Source: Macrostomum hystrix (lineage: Eukaryota; Animalia; Platyhelminthes). Taken from it: a DNA stretch of 64,000 nucleotides. The notes under the pieces were generated by a model. The model was not told the origin of the DNA, searched no databases, and saw only the letters and a program-made list of their open reading frames with translations. This document shows, in pieces, positions 35,851 through 48,469 of this stretch (within the stretch, counting starts at the first letter, position 1; the number at the start of each line of letters is the position of its first letter). The stretch spans positions 7,006,001 to 7,070,000 of the forward strand of contig CATNEN010000039.1 of the NCBI GenBank assembly GCA_950097015.1, given 5' to 3'. The position numbers were made by a program, and so were the translations under genes.

Positions 35851-36771
35851 AAATACATTACGGTAGTAGCTGTGTAAAGCTAGGTATCAAGTACGCACAG
35901 TCACAGAGACTAGGTTATGTTAAGAACATAAAAAAATCATGTATTAGTTTTTAAGAGAATACCTTTGAATCTCACGTAATTCAACGAGAGTTATAGCATG
36001 TGCCCCTATATTATTTTTCATAGAATATTTTGTGTCTGTCAACGCAAACAGACGATGTGGATAATCCTGCATGAGCTACAGAACACAACGTTAGGGACTT
36101 TGGTAACAGTTTCTTAAAATGAAGGACACAATTTTTAATAATAACTTTCTTGTTTGAAATTGATGATCGGCTTTAGAGGGTACAAATTCAGCATCGATAA
36201 TTTGGACATATGTTTAATCACTGCTTTGTATCACAATGCTTTGGTGCACTTTTTTTCCGATCGTTCATTGTCGCTGTCGAGCCGTACAATTCACATATCT
36301 TGATCCTGATGATCCAGGCGGAGAGAAGGGCATTCGAAGACGACCTTCATTCTTGTTATTTTATCAGAATAACAAACAAATTCATGATTTTGTTATTCTA
36401 AATATGAAAACAGACTGGCTTTCTTGAGTATTGGATTGTCAGGCTTGCTGTTTAAGATCATTAGATTGAACTGAAAGCAAAGCAGTTACAACACAAAAGT
36501 GCAATTTCAGTTCACAAAATATTATTTGTTAGAACTGATTGGTAATAAATTGAAGACGATTAAACTGTTAACCAGGGTTTCTAAACAAATTAGACAACTC
36601 CCATAAGTGTAAATTTGACCTTTTACATGAGAAACTGACTACATTGGAAGTAAAGTCGTAGTACAGGCGTCTGGATAAAGCAAAGCAACAATATGGATTG
36701 TATGCAAAAGTTGTAGTGCATAAACACAGTCCCAATTAGTTAAATGTTCGCATCGAAAGTTGACTTTGTTA

Positions 36772-38205
36772 TTAGTGGGTGAAACCAGAGTTCACCTGGA
36801 CACTGCCACCAGCTACTGCTGTGTCGTAAGTGGGCGGTGCGGTCGTGTATTGCGTGTACTGCGGGTAATGCGGATACTGCGGTCCTGAAGGATACGTCTG
36901 CTGCGCCGGGTAGCTGCCAGGCGACGGGCCCGTCACCTGGCCAGTAGACACGATCACTGAGTTCGCACCCTGAGCCAAGCGTCTAGCTCGAGCTCGACTT
37001 GAGTACACCCCGGCATAGATGCCCGCCACAATGAGACCGCCAACGAATATTACCGCGACGACGACACCCCAGACCCAAGACAGGTTAGTCGAGCTCGAGT
37101 AGTAGGTATACAGGTATGGCACGGGGTATTGACGGCTGGCGCCCCCAGGAGGCGAAGAGCAGGCGTATCTGTTCCTGTCACCGCAGTCGTCCATGTAAAT
37201 TGCGTAAGAGTAGCCACGGTCACTAAATGTACCGCACCGCTCGGATTGAAAGCAAGTGCTTGATAAACCGCCAGAGACGCAACTGATCTCGTAAGTCCTG
37301 AAGTAGGTTAGTTTAGTAAAAAGCGTTTTAAATTAAAAGGCGAAAAATAATCTCTATTACCAGGTTAATAATTCAAACTTCGAGTGCCTTCCAATGTGCA
37401 AGTTTTTAAAGCTTTTAAGCTTTTAAAAAAGCATAATTTTTTAAAGATAATTATGCAAGAGAAATAAATAATTTAAAAATTTTTGATTTTCGAGGGTACT
37501 AGCGAAATCGACAAAAAATCTAACATCACACCTGTATTGACGTGTGCCGTCCAGCCAGTAGTGTTGGAATCTACTTGATCGATCTGTCAGTCCGATCCAC
37601 GTGTAGTACGACCACAGACTACTCGGCAGCATCCGCATGAACGATTTGATATCATTGGAATACGAAAGAGGCACATGCAGCAGATTTGACCGCATGATGT
37701 TGCATGCTCGCTGTGCGTCAATATAGTTGTAATACGTTACACTGCCTGTTCCGTAGCACGTGTTGAACTGGTGCAGGTACGTCCAACCTGGCGGACAGCC
37801 ATTCAGATCCAATGCTCGGACTCGAATAGTGACCCCCTCGCTGTTCGACTGATCGCCAGTGGCGTCGAAGCGAACTTTCAAGAACTTCGACGGCGTCATG
37901 ATGCTGGTCTGGAAGTCTCGAATGCTCGAGCCCGAGAACAGCACCTGATCTCCTGAACTGATGGTGAACACTGCCGAGCTCACCTTGAACGACTGCACCT
38001 CGACAAAGAATGCGCGGTTCGGCGACTCGGCGTTGAACTCACAGCTGAGACCGGACGAGTAGGCGGCCTCGTTCGGGCGTCTGGTTGTCAGGTAGAAGTC
38101 CGTGAGAGACGAGCTGACTGTGGTCGGCGAGTCGGGGCTGCAGTAGAAGCGCTGCTCGGCCGCAACGGCGACCACGAGACAGGCCAGCAGGACCAGTTGT
38201 TGCAT
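36772..38205 (-). CDS. CUB + C-type lectin membrane protein, copy C (exons 38205-37532, 37297-36772)
   Basis: Same 674-nt first exon and phase-2 intron position as A and B. Diverged exon 2 with TM WVWGVVVAVIFVGGLIVAGIY and a PPTY motif. Confidence 0.9.
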
Positions 38206-39859
38206 GCTGTGCTTGCTGTAATGAGGCCTTTGTTTTGTATGAAATATTCTCTTTGAAATTAGTCCTTTTCAAGCTCTGGTCTCTCTTATCGGCCCCGGTC
38301 TGGCTATAGGTTTTTAGGAATTGGTTTTGTCGATAAGAAAAGAGGAGTTGGACTGCCCGCAGGTTTAACGCTTCTCTGTATGTGGTTGTTCTCAGTCGCA
38401 TTAAATATTTCGTTCGTTGCCATGTAACTCGCTTATCTAAGCAAAGAAGTTGCAGGAAAGCAGAGCTTTGCTGTACTTTTTTCTGCTCAACGATCAGGTG
38501 TAAAGCTGTCACAGTCAGTCCATGTTGCCCACCCTGTACTGCTGCCACCCTGTGCCTTGGTCCTGCCTGTCAGTTATTTGCCATTTATGCCCATTTTTAT
38601 ATTAGATTATACCAATGGTAAAGATTTTACTTATCTTTTCTTGCAAGTCCTTTTGTCACTGGATCGCGCGTGAGATAATTCTGTGTTTACCTTGCAGTTA
38701 AGCTCACGAGTTGGAATCCGCGGTCAGTCTACGTTAATTTGGTGCGCAGCTGAGGATATGAAGCAATTAGCACCATGGGGACAAACCTTCAAGGCGCAGG
38801 GACTGTAGACCGCCTGACGATGACAGATCGACTAACCCATAACTACGTGAAGGATTGCTGAAAGCTCTAAAAAAGCACCACTTCTAAAACAGTCGTGTTG
38901 AAACGTAAATGTGAAACTATTTTCCCTAGATTTAATCATTTAGTTGCAATGGCCTCGCCTCTGCTGCCTTTCATTTTGTTATGCTGTGGTGGTAGTAGAG
39001 ACAGCTAAGACCTGTACGCTGACGGACTTGCTCAAACAGAGCACACTGTAATGCCGATAAGATCAGCGATAATTTTGAGCCACCAATGCGCCACGCCGGC
39101 TGGGCCCATCAAAGCGAGCTTTCGCGTCAACAGTGACCGACTAACAACGCCTACGCAATGCCGAGTCCAACCGCCCGCCGCCGATGCAGGAGGTGCTACG
39201 ACCGATTTTCGTGAAAGTCCACAATATACTATCTAGATTTTCGGCACTTTACGATGAACTAACTTTCGAAGCCGTCCGACGTCAATATCGTCAAGTGGAA
39301 GACCCTAGTTAAAGGGACAACTAAAGTTGCTCTGGATGAACCTCTATGGCGGATCCATATAGTTTCAAAAATAAAGCAATAAACAATACAATCAATGCAA
39401 AATACTCGTACACAACAATGAGAGCCGATTGGGTTACATGATGAAATTTTTTTAGCTGAAAAATTTCTATATACTGATGGTTTTTGCGACCAGACAACCG
39501 GACAAGAGTCGTTGAATATGCCGATGTTTTCTGATTCTGGAAGTTTTGTTTCATCGTTTTGAGGGGAACAATTTTGCCCATGTTCTGGATTTTCATTGCG
39601 ATTGGAGGGGAACAATTTTGCCCGATTTTCATGGCGATTGGTTGAATATTTTGGGAGATGTGTCCAACGTGCAGAGCTAAAGTAGAAAACTGTTCATATT
39701 TTTAATGCCAGAAAAGCAAATTAAAAACGCGCTCACTTAACAAGGCAACAATACAATAGATTAGATATCAGAAACACAGGCAAGATAGCTCGTACATTAT
39801 AGAGATGAAACAGGAAGGATTAAAGTCGAAGTCAGTTTAGTCTGCAAAAAGTCTGAAAC

Positions 39860-40531
39860 ATGTTTGCCAAAGCCAAGTGTCAAGTGCTGCGGCTGCTGCT
39901 GCTGCTGTCTCTGCTTCAGCCAGCAACTGTCCAGACGGTTTTCAGCCTGGCCCAGCAGACAGAGATGGTGATTATTCACAATCGGTTTTTGACACTATGG
40001 GTAATAATAATTGCGAATTTAATGCTACCTTTTCTGGTCGGCTGTGATACGAAGACAGCGAATAGTGAAATTTCTTGTTATCGCAGTGGAAACTCTCGAC
40101 ATGCCTTGGGCGTTGGCCCTCAAAAGGTCGTAAATTTCCCGACAACCCCCAAGTCTTCTCTCCGCGGCTGGGCTTCAAATGTATTTAGTCTCGGCACGGA
40201 CTTCTTTCAGACCGAGTCGCTCACCCTGACATTCTTCCAGACCGAGTCACTCACCCTGAACATTCTTCCAGACCGAGTCGCCAATTCCCAGCTGTCGCGC
40301 TCTGCTTGCAGCTACCTGAACTCTCCGTGCCTGAACGGTGGCAAGGAACTCAACGGGACCAGCTGCGGCTGCCAGTGTCCTGAAGCCTACGTTGGCAGCA
40401 AGTGTCAGATCTACAAGCCTCAGTACCTCAATGGCATACGACTTGGCATCGCTGCTGAGCAGTTCTGCGCCTTTGACCAGTGCCTGAGAGTGCCCGTGAC
40501 GCGCACATTGGTGAGCGAAGTACTCTGGTGA
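39860..40531 (+). pseudogene. Inverted, doubly deleted duplicate of the CAP-EGF gene; still an open 223-codon frame
   Basis: Near-identical to 54731-54606, then 54536-54330 (intron 1), then ~52915-52598 of the parent. The CAP exon is missing. Confidence 0.8.
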
Positions 40532-41836
40532 CAGATGTGCTACATGACAGTACAGCTCGAGTATCGAAAAAATGCTTCCTTAACAGTTGAAAGACTATTT
40601 TTGCTGAAGCAGGAAATGTTACTGCCAACATGAAAATCATTAGCTGGTACTTCGACAAAGGTGTGAAGAAAAGAATCCTAGTTCATGAAGACATATTTTA
40701 CTCCCGCTCTTACTGAACAATGAGAAAAAAGAAAAGACGAAAAATATAGGTGGTCTGCTTCAAACTAGACAGACAAAAAGTCCGCTTAAGAGGTCACCAA
40801 AGGGCGGACTGATGACAAGTTGGGCAGGTAAATCTTACAAATCGGATTTAATATTTACATCCAATAGTATTCCATTCATTGAGATCGGGAATGCACAAAA
40901 GGTATTTTTTATCTTTTAGCAAGAGGCAATAAACGGCAACTTTTAGAATTTAAAATAAAAAACTCTGTAAAAATGGAGTCTCTGCATGAAATTAATTATG
41001 AGTTTGTCCACAATCCTGTTATTGAGTATGCGAATGCTTCAAAGGGTATTGGACCGAATACCACATTAACTTTTAATGCATTACTTCGATTGAAGTTCTG
41101 AGAACTCCGGCATTTTGATGACCTTTTCATATCAAGTGCAAACTAGTGCTGGTGCCGCCGCAGATATATCAATAGCTTTTGGTCAGCAGCCATGTAATCA
41201 CGATTACTGGTATGAACGTGCAACTCGGTGACACTTCAATTGAAACAATTCCCAATTACATTCCCCAATGGCATTACGAGCGTATTTTCTCATGCGGGTT
41301 CTCTTAACATTAACAATGAAGCCATTACACGTTTTACCCCTGCGGCGGCCGCTGCAACTGGTGCCTCTGATGCCACTAGGGCTGCAGTTAAAAGAGCACT
41401 TGCAAATCTGAAGTACAAGTGTACTATCATACAAATGGTGCTTGTGAATAAACTTGGACTTGAGAGCGATGGTGACGGTGACGGTCAACAAGCTCCAGTA
41501 GAAGCTCTAGGCCTTGAACAGTTTATTTATTGTGCTAACAGGGAGTATAAACCGATAAGGGAGGGGTTGGTTTTGAGAGGGGTAAAGCTGAGTGCGCATA
41601 GCTGACAATAACATGATAGAGTGGGGCGATCGATAAGTTACTACATGTACATTAATTGAATGGAGTGGTGAGCGCATCAGAGTGGTGATTGCAACGAAAA
41701 AACCGACAAAAACACACAACAAAAAACCGACACCAAAACCAAATTGTGGGAATACGCGAAGAAAAATTCGGACCAAAACCTTAAAATGGAAAATTAATAA
41801 AGCCGGAAACTGTCAGTGCAGCGACAAAAAGTGATT

Positions 41837-44800
41837 TTAGGATTGAATCTCTAGCGGGATCAACGCTTTAACTGGCCGTCTCACCCGCTCCCAGCGTCGA
41901 GAATCCCCAGCACCGGCGACACGGAGACGAACTGAGCGGATGACACTATCACGACCAGGACGCACCTCCACGACAACGCCTAACTTCCACTTCAACCGTG
42001 GCTGCCGGGCTTCGCCAGAGAGGAGGACCACCTCACCAATTCTAGGCGGACGACCCTCAAGGGCTATCTTTTTGAGCCTTTTCGCGGAGAGCTTCAAGAT
42101 ACGACGTCTTCCATTGGTTCCAAAACCAATTATGTGCGGCTCTAAGCATGTGCAATCGTTTTGGAAGTGGCAGGACCGAGTTCGAATCACGGTCAATCTC
42201 TCCCGGTTCTTGACTAAGACGACTCGCAGCAATGAAGTGGGACGGGGTGATGACCTCAAAGGTTTCATCCGCCTCCGAAGAAACGTACAGCAGCGGTCGA
42301 AAGTTCACTACCGCTTCAATTTCCACGATGAGCGTAACTAACTGATCGTAGGAGAACAGTTGTCGACCTGCCGTCTTCTTGAGTGCAATCTTAACGACAC
42401 TAATCAACCTCTCGCAAAAACCTCCCCACCTCTCGCAAAAACCTCCCCACCTCTCGCACCTCTCGCACTCACTACCCTCCCCCGTCCGATAGAATATCGG
42501 ACCGGCATAGTCAAGACCTACGGTTTGAAATGCACTAACCGACGACAGACGGAAGGGTGGTAGCTGAGGAACTTTTCGCACAAAAAATGGTCGACCTTGA
42601 TTCTTCTTACACACCACACACGCAGCTAATAACTGTTTCACTCGCTGCCTCGCCTTAAGAATCCAAAATCGTTCACGAATCTTGCAAATAGTAGCCTGTA
42701 CTCCTAAATGCATCACCGCCGAATGGCTATGGCTGACGATCAGAGTTTCAAGCGGATGCTTGGAAGGAATAAGCACTGGGTTGTTGGTTTCGAATGGCAC
42801 TGCACCCTGTAGGCGACCAGCCGAGCGGGCTAATCCAGTCGCATCGATAAATAGATGAAGGTCGTGAACTAACGGTGTACGAGGTCCAGAACCAGTCAGA
42901 TAAGAAATTTCATTTGACAAGGACTTTTTCTGCACTGCTCGTAGCATGCAATGTTCTGCCTCGTGTAATTCTTCAGCCGTCCCCGAGGACGTTCGCTCTA
43001 CGGTGCGATGTGCCACAGCATTGCGTAGGATGGTGGCGAATCGAAGGACCCAACCGATCGCTCGAGTGAGCTTGGTCCACGAAGAGTAATCAGAAATTCG
43101 AATTAAATTTAGGACTGAAGGCTGAATAGATTCAGCGTTTTCTGCAACCGCCACTGACGCTGTTACGTTAGGCTCAGATGCACAGCAGATTGGTGCTGGA
43201 GACAATTTTTTGTCGTCGTACCTCCGAAGAAATTCTGGACCACTCAACCAAGTCGACTCACGAAGAATCTGCTCTGGCAAGCAGCCACGTGAGGGCCAGA
43301 TCGGCGGGATTAGCCTCTCCAGAAACATGCTGCCATTCGGTAACCTTAGTCAAGCGCCGGATTTCATTTACGCGATTCTGTACGAAGACTTGACGCAGTT
43401 TGGTTTCACACGTGATCCACTGAAGTGTGGTCATGCTGTCTGTCCACAGCTGACGTTTAAGACCTGGAAGTTGAACTGAGACGAAGCTCACTAAGCGAGC
43501 CAGAATTAATGCACCCAGCAACTCTAGTCGAGCAATACTGATGGACATCAAGGGAGCTACTCGAGCTTTGGCGATAAGAAGATGAGAGGAGACGTTTTGA
43601 TGCTCGTGGTCAATGACTTTTAAGTAAACCACAGCAGCATGGGCTCGTTCGCCAGCATCGGAAAATCCGTGCAGCTGTAGCTCAATGCGATTAGATGGCA
43701 GGTGGTTGGGAACGACGCAGCGCTGAAATTTCAGATTCAACGACCTCAGTGACTCCAACCAGCGAGACCATTGAATAGCCATGTCACTAGGAAGGTCATC
43801 GTCCCAAGGAACCTTTTGTTTGCAGAGCTGTTGAAACCACACTTTGACTAAGGTCACTGCTGGCGTTAGGAATCCAAGCGGATCAAACAGCTTCGACAAT
43901 GTAGAGAGCAATAGTCTCTTAGACCACTGTTTTCCAGTGACGGAATCGAGCATAGCTGAGAAATCGAGCCGAAAAAACGTCCTCACCGGGCTACCAAGTG
44001 AGGCCGAGGACCTTCCGCACGTTGCCTACATCCTCTGCCGGTAGCGATGACATCAACTCTTTTGAATTCGACTGCCACTGTCGTATGTTCATACCTGCTT
44101 CTGTGAAGATCTGCTTCGTTTGCGCGTACAAACGGATAGCTTCCTCCTCAGACTCGCAGCACGAGACCAAATTATCTACGAACAGACTAGTCTTCAGAGT
44201 GTTCACGGCTTCCGGAAAAGCATTTTGGTGCTGATCAAGGTGATGTATGATAGTCTCTCTCAGAATCGCAGGTGAACACGTTAAGCCGAATGGCACGCGG
44301 CAGTATCTATAGTGTACGAGTTGTTGCGGTTCTCCAGGCGTCCCATGCGTCCACAATAATCTAAGAGCGTCACGATCCTGCGAGTCAATGCCAATCTGGA
44401 GGAATGCCTTTTCAATATCGGCAAGCACGGCAATTGACTTAAAACGGAAGCGCAAAAGAATCTGGGGAATCAGAGGAATACTCGTTGGCCCCGTCAGCAG
44501 AAAGTCGTTGATTGAGAAGTCCGTTACATCAGTCTTTGCTGAGCCATCAAAAACAATACGTAGTTTCGTGTGTTCGCTATCTTCTTTCATGACACAGCTG
44601 TGTGGCAGATAGTGAATTATGGTCGGCGATGGACTGCTACGGTCGTCGGGGAGCTTCTCGATAATGCCAAGTTCCTCTTGTTCGGAGAGAATAGCAGCAC
44701 ATTGTGCCAGCTGCGCTGGGTCGCGCTCGAGGTGACGTATACTAGCTCTAAGTCGAGCTGCTGCCAGATCGAAATGATCACGAAGTGTAATCGCTTCCCT

Positions 44801-47062
44801 AGAGAACTTCCACGGCAGCTCGACTGAATATCGTCCGTCTCGTAGTTGCGGATTGCAAGGAAAGGAATCTGATGAGACAGGTCGCGGATCGTCTAAAATA
44901 CCGATGGAGTCGAGTCTCCAAAGTGTTGTGAAATCGTCGTTTAGACACTTCCGTTCATGGACCTGGTCTTCGACAAAGCAACAAACCGCTGAGGAGTCAG
45001 CGCTGTCACGCTCCGGAGCGCACTGGAGCTGGAGCGCACGTGACCTGTCACTTTCTCAAAACTAATCGTCAAAGGTCCACAGAGCACGTAACCGAACTTG
45101 GATGACATTGCAACGGGACCACTGTTCCCCCGAATGACTTCGTCGCCAACTATCTGATAGAAATAGTCCGATCCAATCAATACTGAAATCGGAGTGAGTG
45201 AGTCACGTGGATCGTACGGATCAGCTAGGTCTATACCGCATATGTGCTCAAATTCGTTGGCTCTCACGGATCGCTGCGGTTGGCAAATAGTCTCAACGGC
45301 ATTCGCCCTAAGTTCAATGGTTTCAAATGAATCGTTTTTACGTAACGAGAACGTGACACGGCTCGACTGAATACTTGCGTTCAGCCCTGAGAAGGTAGAG
45401 ACACGCAATTGTTCTCGTGCATCCATACCCAGATTCATAGCGGCACAAACATCCTGTCTAATGTAGCTCTGATTGCTCGCGGTGTCCAAAAGGACGTGAA
45501 CTCACTGAACTCATTAATTCACTGCGGCCGTCTGAGCTCAAGAGAATTGCTTTGGCGACTGGTAGCGCCACAGAAGGATTTCCGGCGATGAACATCGACA
45601 TGACCAGCGGGTGTGCCTCAATCTTCGATAAGTGCGCGTGAGTTTTTCAGCATCGGGATTCCCCGATTTAATCCCGACGCCGCATTGTCGGCCGAAGCCG
45701 TGAGACACTGAGTTCGACCTTTCGAACCGCTCGGATCCTTGTTGTTGTGCGTGCTACTAGGCACCTTTCACTCGTGCGACTTGTGATCAGACGTTCGTTG
45801 TGCACAGATACTGACGTGATGCTTGCCGGAGCAATCACGGCACTTCCGTGGATCACGACAGAGCTGAGCCATGTGGCCAGGTCTCAAGCATCGAAAACAC
45901 CGTTTCTCCCTCTCTAGAACTTGCCTACGGTTCTCGGTAGTCGGAAACTGCCTGCAGTTTTCAGAAAAGTGTGAGTCTTTGCAATAGGTGCAAAAAACCT
46001 TATTCAGCTCTATTTTTTATTTCGGTTGCACCGAAACCAGCGTTGAAGCCATCGACATGGATGGGTTGGATATCGGCTTCGAATCTGCGTGCGAGATGGA
46101 CTTCGAACTGGGCTGCGAACCCGCGCTCTCACGCACTGAAATCTCGTATTTCAAAAAGTAAAGAAAACTTTCAAGCGTATCAATACTTTTCCCTGGAGTT
46201 GAGCGGTGCGAATAAGATCAAGCCGTAACGCTGACGGGCACCTGCTCATGAGACTTGGAACAAGTAGACACTGGTACGAATCGGCCTAAATGCCTTGAGT
46301 CTGCAGGCTGCGCATGTTGGCGGTAATATCGTCGTGCAACTGCTGAAGACCTTTCAGAGATGAATCTGGTAGACGAAGATCGGAGATCTTGTGCATGAGG
46401 TCTTTGACGATGACCTCCTTTTTTCCATAGCGCTCGCGCAAAATGTCTAAAGCTAGGGGATAATTTGCAGCCGCGACAGAGAGGCCTCGAATGCTGGCCC
46501 TGACTGAGTCAGACAGAGCGCTGATCAGATTATTGAACTTGTCCATCTCGGACAGGTTAAAGTCGTGATGAATTGAGGACTCAAACTGATCCCAAAAGGA
46601 TTCCCACGCTGCGATCTCCCCCGTGAATGTTGGAATCTGCCTCTTGGGGAGTTTAATATGCGATCCAGACTCGACTGCAAAACTGTTCCTATCAGAGGGT
46701 TCCGCCGAAACCTTCGACCTAAAAATGGCTGATTCTAGCATCTTAATACAGCTCAGACACTTCATGGAATACGATTGACTTTCCTCCAATTCAACATCAA
46801 TACTGTCTTCCGCTACAGACTCCTCAATGGCTTCATCAATGGCTTGAACGGCAACCAACTTTGCTTTCAGACTCTCCAAACATGCCTCTGCCTCTGCACG
46901 ATCCATATCGTGGATCCATACTTCCAACCGATTAAATTTTTCTGCCTTTCCAACTACCTTGGTGATCGCTGCACGGATACCGGCACGCTTTCTAATCGCC
47001 GACGCGAGCTCGTCTTTACCGAGAACCATGATGAATAGACCGGGAGAGGTTGCAAGTACCAA
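41837..47062 (-). mobile_element. Second, decayed BEL/Pao retrotransposon internal region (different family)
   Basis: Gag IKLPKRQIPTFTGE..W..FWDQF, protease DTAS, RT RIVFDGS/DIEKAFLQI/PFGLTCSP/FVDN, RNase H FSDA/WTDS/NPADL, integrase LDYAGP/WGGF.ERL/WKLGVV. Broken by stops and frameshifts; no LTR pair recognised. Confidence 0.92.
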
Positions 47063-47785
47063 GAACTCCCGACACTGAGAACTTAGAGACGGCCAGTCCC
47101 GAAAGGAAAACAGGCAAGATAAGTACAGGCACGGAACACACTTAGAAAGGCGAATGCAGATGGCGAGAGGGAAAAATAGACAAAATTTTTACGAGAATAA
47201 CACTGTTGGCAAGCCGACTGCCTCATAAAATCGGCAATTGAGTTAGAATGATAGTTTGCGTCTAAAGGCTCATAAAACTTTTTGCTTGATCATAGAGTAC
47301 GGAGTTAGACTACGTGCACTGCTCGTAGTTAACAGCAGTGCACGTCCACAGAGTCAGTTTTGCCCATAGACTAAGTGATTTTTTACTACGAGTTTTTACA
47401 TTGAATAGAGACCACTGCGACTGTGAATCGCTTACGATTGCGTAAACGGTATTTTCTTTTGATTTGGATCTACATCACTTGCTGGCTGAGAGATCTGCTA
47501 CAGCAAGTGAGGTAGGTACGCTTAATTTTCGCATTTCTTCTTCATAAATCTTACAAATCAGTTTTTTGGCCTGAATTATATTTCACTTACCTTTTAAACT
47601 TTACACCTTGTAAGCATGTTGGGTTAGAAAACTTATTCTGTCGTATTTTAGAGCAGGCAAAGTAGATAATTAGTGCAGAGAGATAAAGAGAGATGAGACA
47701 TCAAGGCATTCGGACTTGTTTATTATCCAAACCATTCGTTTCAGGCAAGGGAGAAGACAGTCAAGCTTGGTTACCATTCGAAGCC

Positions 47786-48451
47786 ATGGATATCCTGGCA
47801 CAACAGGGCAGAATTTTCATCCAGCAGAGAAAGGAAGTAATAGAAATGATCAGCTCGTTTGAGGCAAACAACAGGTACGCCGTGTGCGACTCGACTGGCA
47901 GGCCGATCCTCATGGCCATGGAGGACAGCAGCTGCTTCAGCCGGCTTTGCTGTCGCAGCAACCGGCCCTTCAACATCAGCATGATTGACTTAAGGGGCAT
48001 AACGCAGATTCGGCTGATTCGCAACTACACGTACAACTGGTTCCAGTGCTGCAGCTGCTCCAGCTGCTGCCAGGACTGCGTCGTGGTAGAGTCCCCGCCC
48101 GGCCGCATCATCGGCAGCGTGGCCCAGTGCAGCTCGTGCTGCAAAATCAGCTTCAACGTTTTTGACATGAACCAGCAGCCGCTTCTGTTCTTGAAGGGCC
48201 CGAGATACTGCTTGTGCACCTGGCCTGGCACCGTGCACACATTCAAAATTATGTCAACGAATGGGAATGTTCAACTTGGCAAGCTGCAAAAAAATTGGTC
48301 CGGCGTAATACAGGAGATGTTCACTAACGCTGATAATTTTGAGCTCATAGTGCCGCAGGGCATGCCCGTTGAGAGCAAAGTGCTGCTCATTGCGGCTGGC
48401 ATACTCATTGACTTCATGTTCTTTGAAGACAGAAGTAGCAAGTTCCAATGA
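47786..48451 (+). CDS. PLSCR: Phospholipid scramblase family protein (may have upstream exons)
   Basis: IQQRKEVIE..SFEANNRY, A.EDSSCFSRLCCRSNRPF, Cys-rich CCSCSSCC, VESPPGRIIGSV, KNWSG...EMFTNADNF, KVLLIAAGILIDFMFFE. Confidence 0.92.
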   Translation: MDILAQQGRIFIQQRKEVIEMISSFEANNRYAVCDSTGRPILMAMEDSSCFSRLCCRSNRPFNISMIDLRGITQIRLIRNYTYNWFQCCSCSSCCQDCVVVESPPGRIIGSVAQCSSCCKISFNVFDMNQQPLLFLKGPRYCLCTWPGTVHTFKIMSTNGNVQLGKLQKNWSGVIQEMFTNADNFELIVPQGMPVESKVLLIAAGILIDFMFFEDRSSKFQ

Positions 48452-48469
48452 GTAACATATTTTAATTCC

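Noticed and set aside
41228-41605. 125-aa ORF next to the BEL element (possible env or extra ORF)
   Set aside because: Non-ATG start, antisense to the element, and no recognisable motif or TM segment.
41000-47500. LTR pair for the second BEL element
   Set aside because: A PPT-like GGGGAA|TG is present on the minus strand near 41260, but I could not find a matching repeat upstream of gag.
47693-47785. N-terminal extension of the scramblase ORF from ATG 47693
   Set aside because: Contains an acceptor-like TTTCAG at about 47744 and no scramblase similarity, so it is probably intron or UTR. The true start is uncertain.
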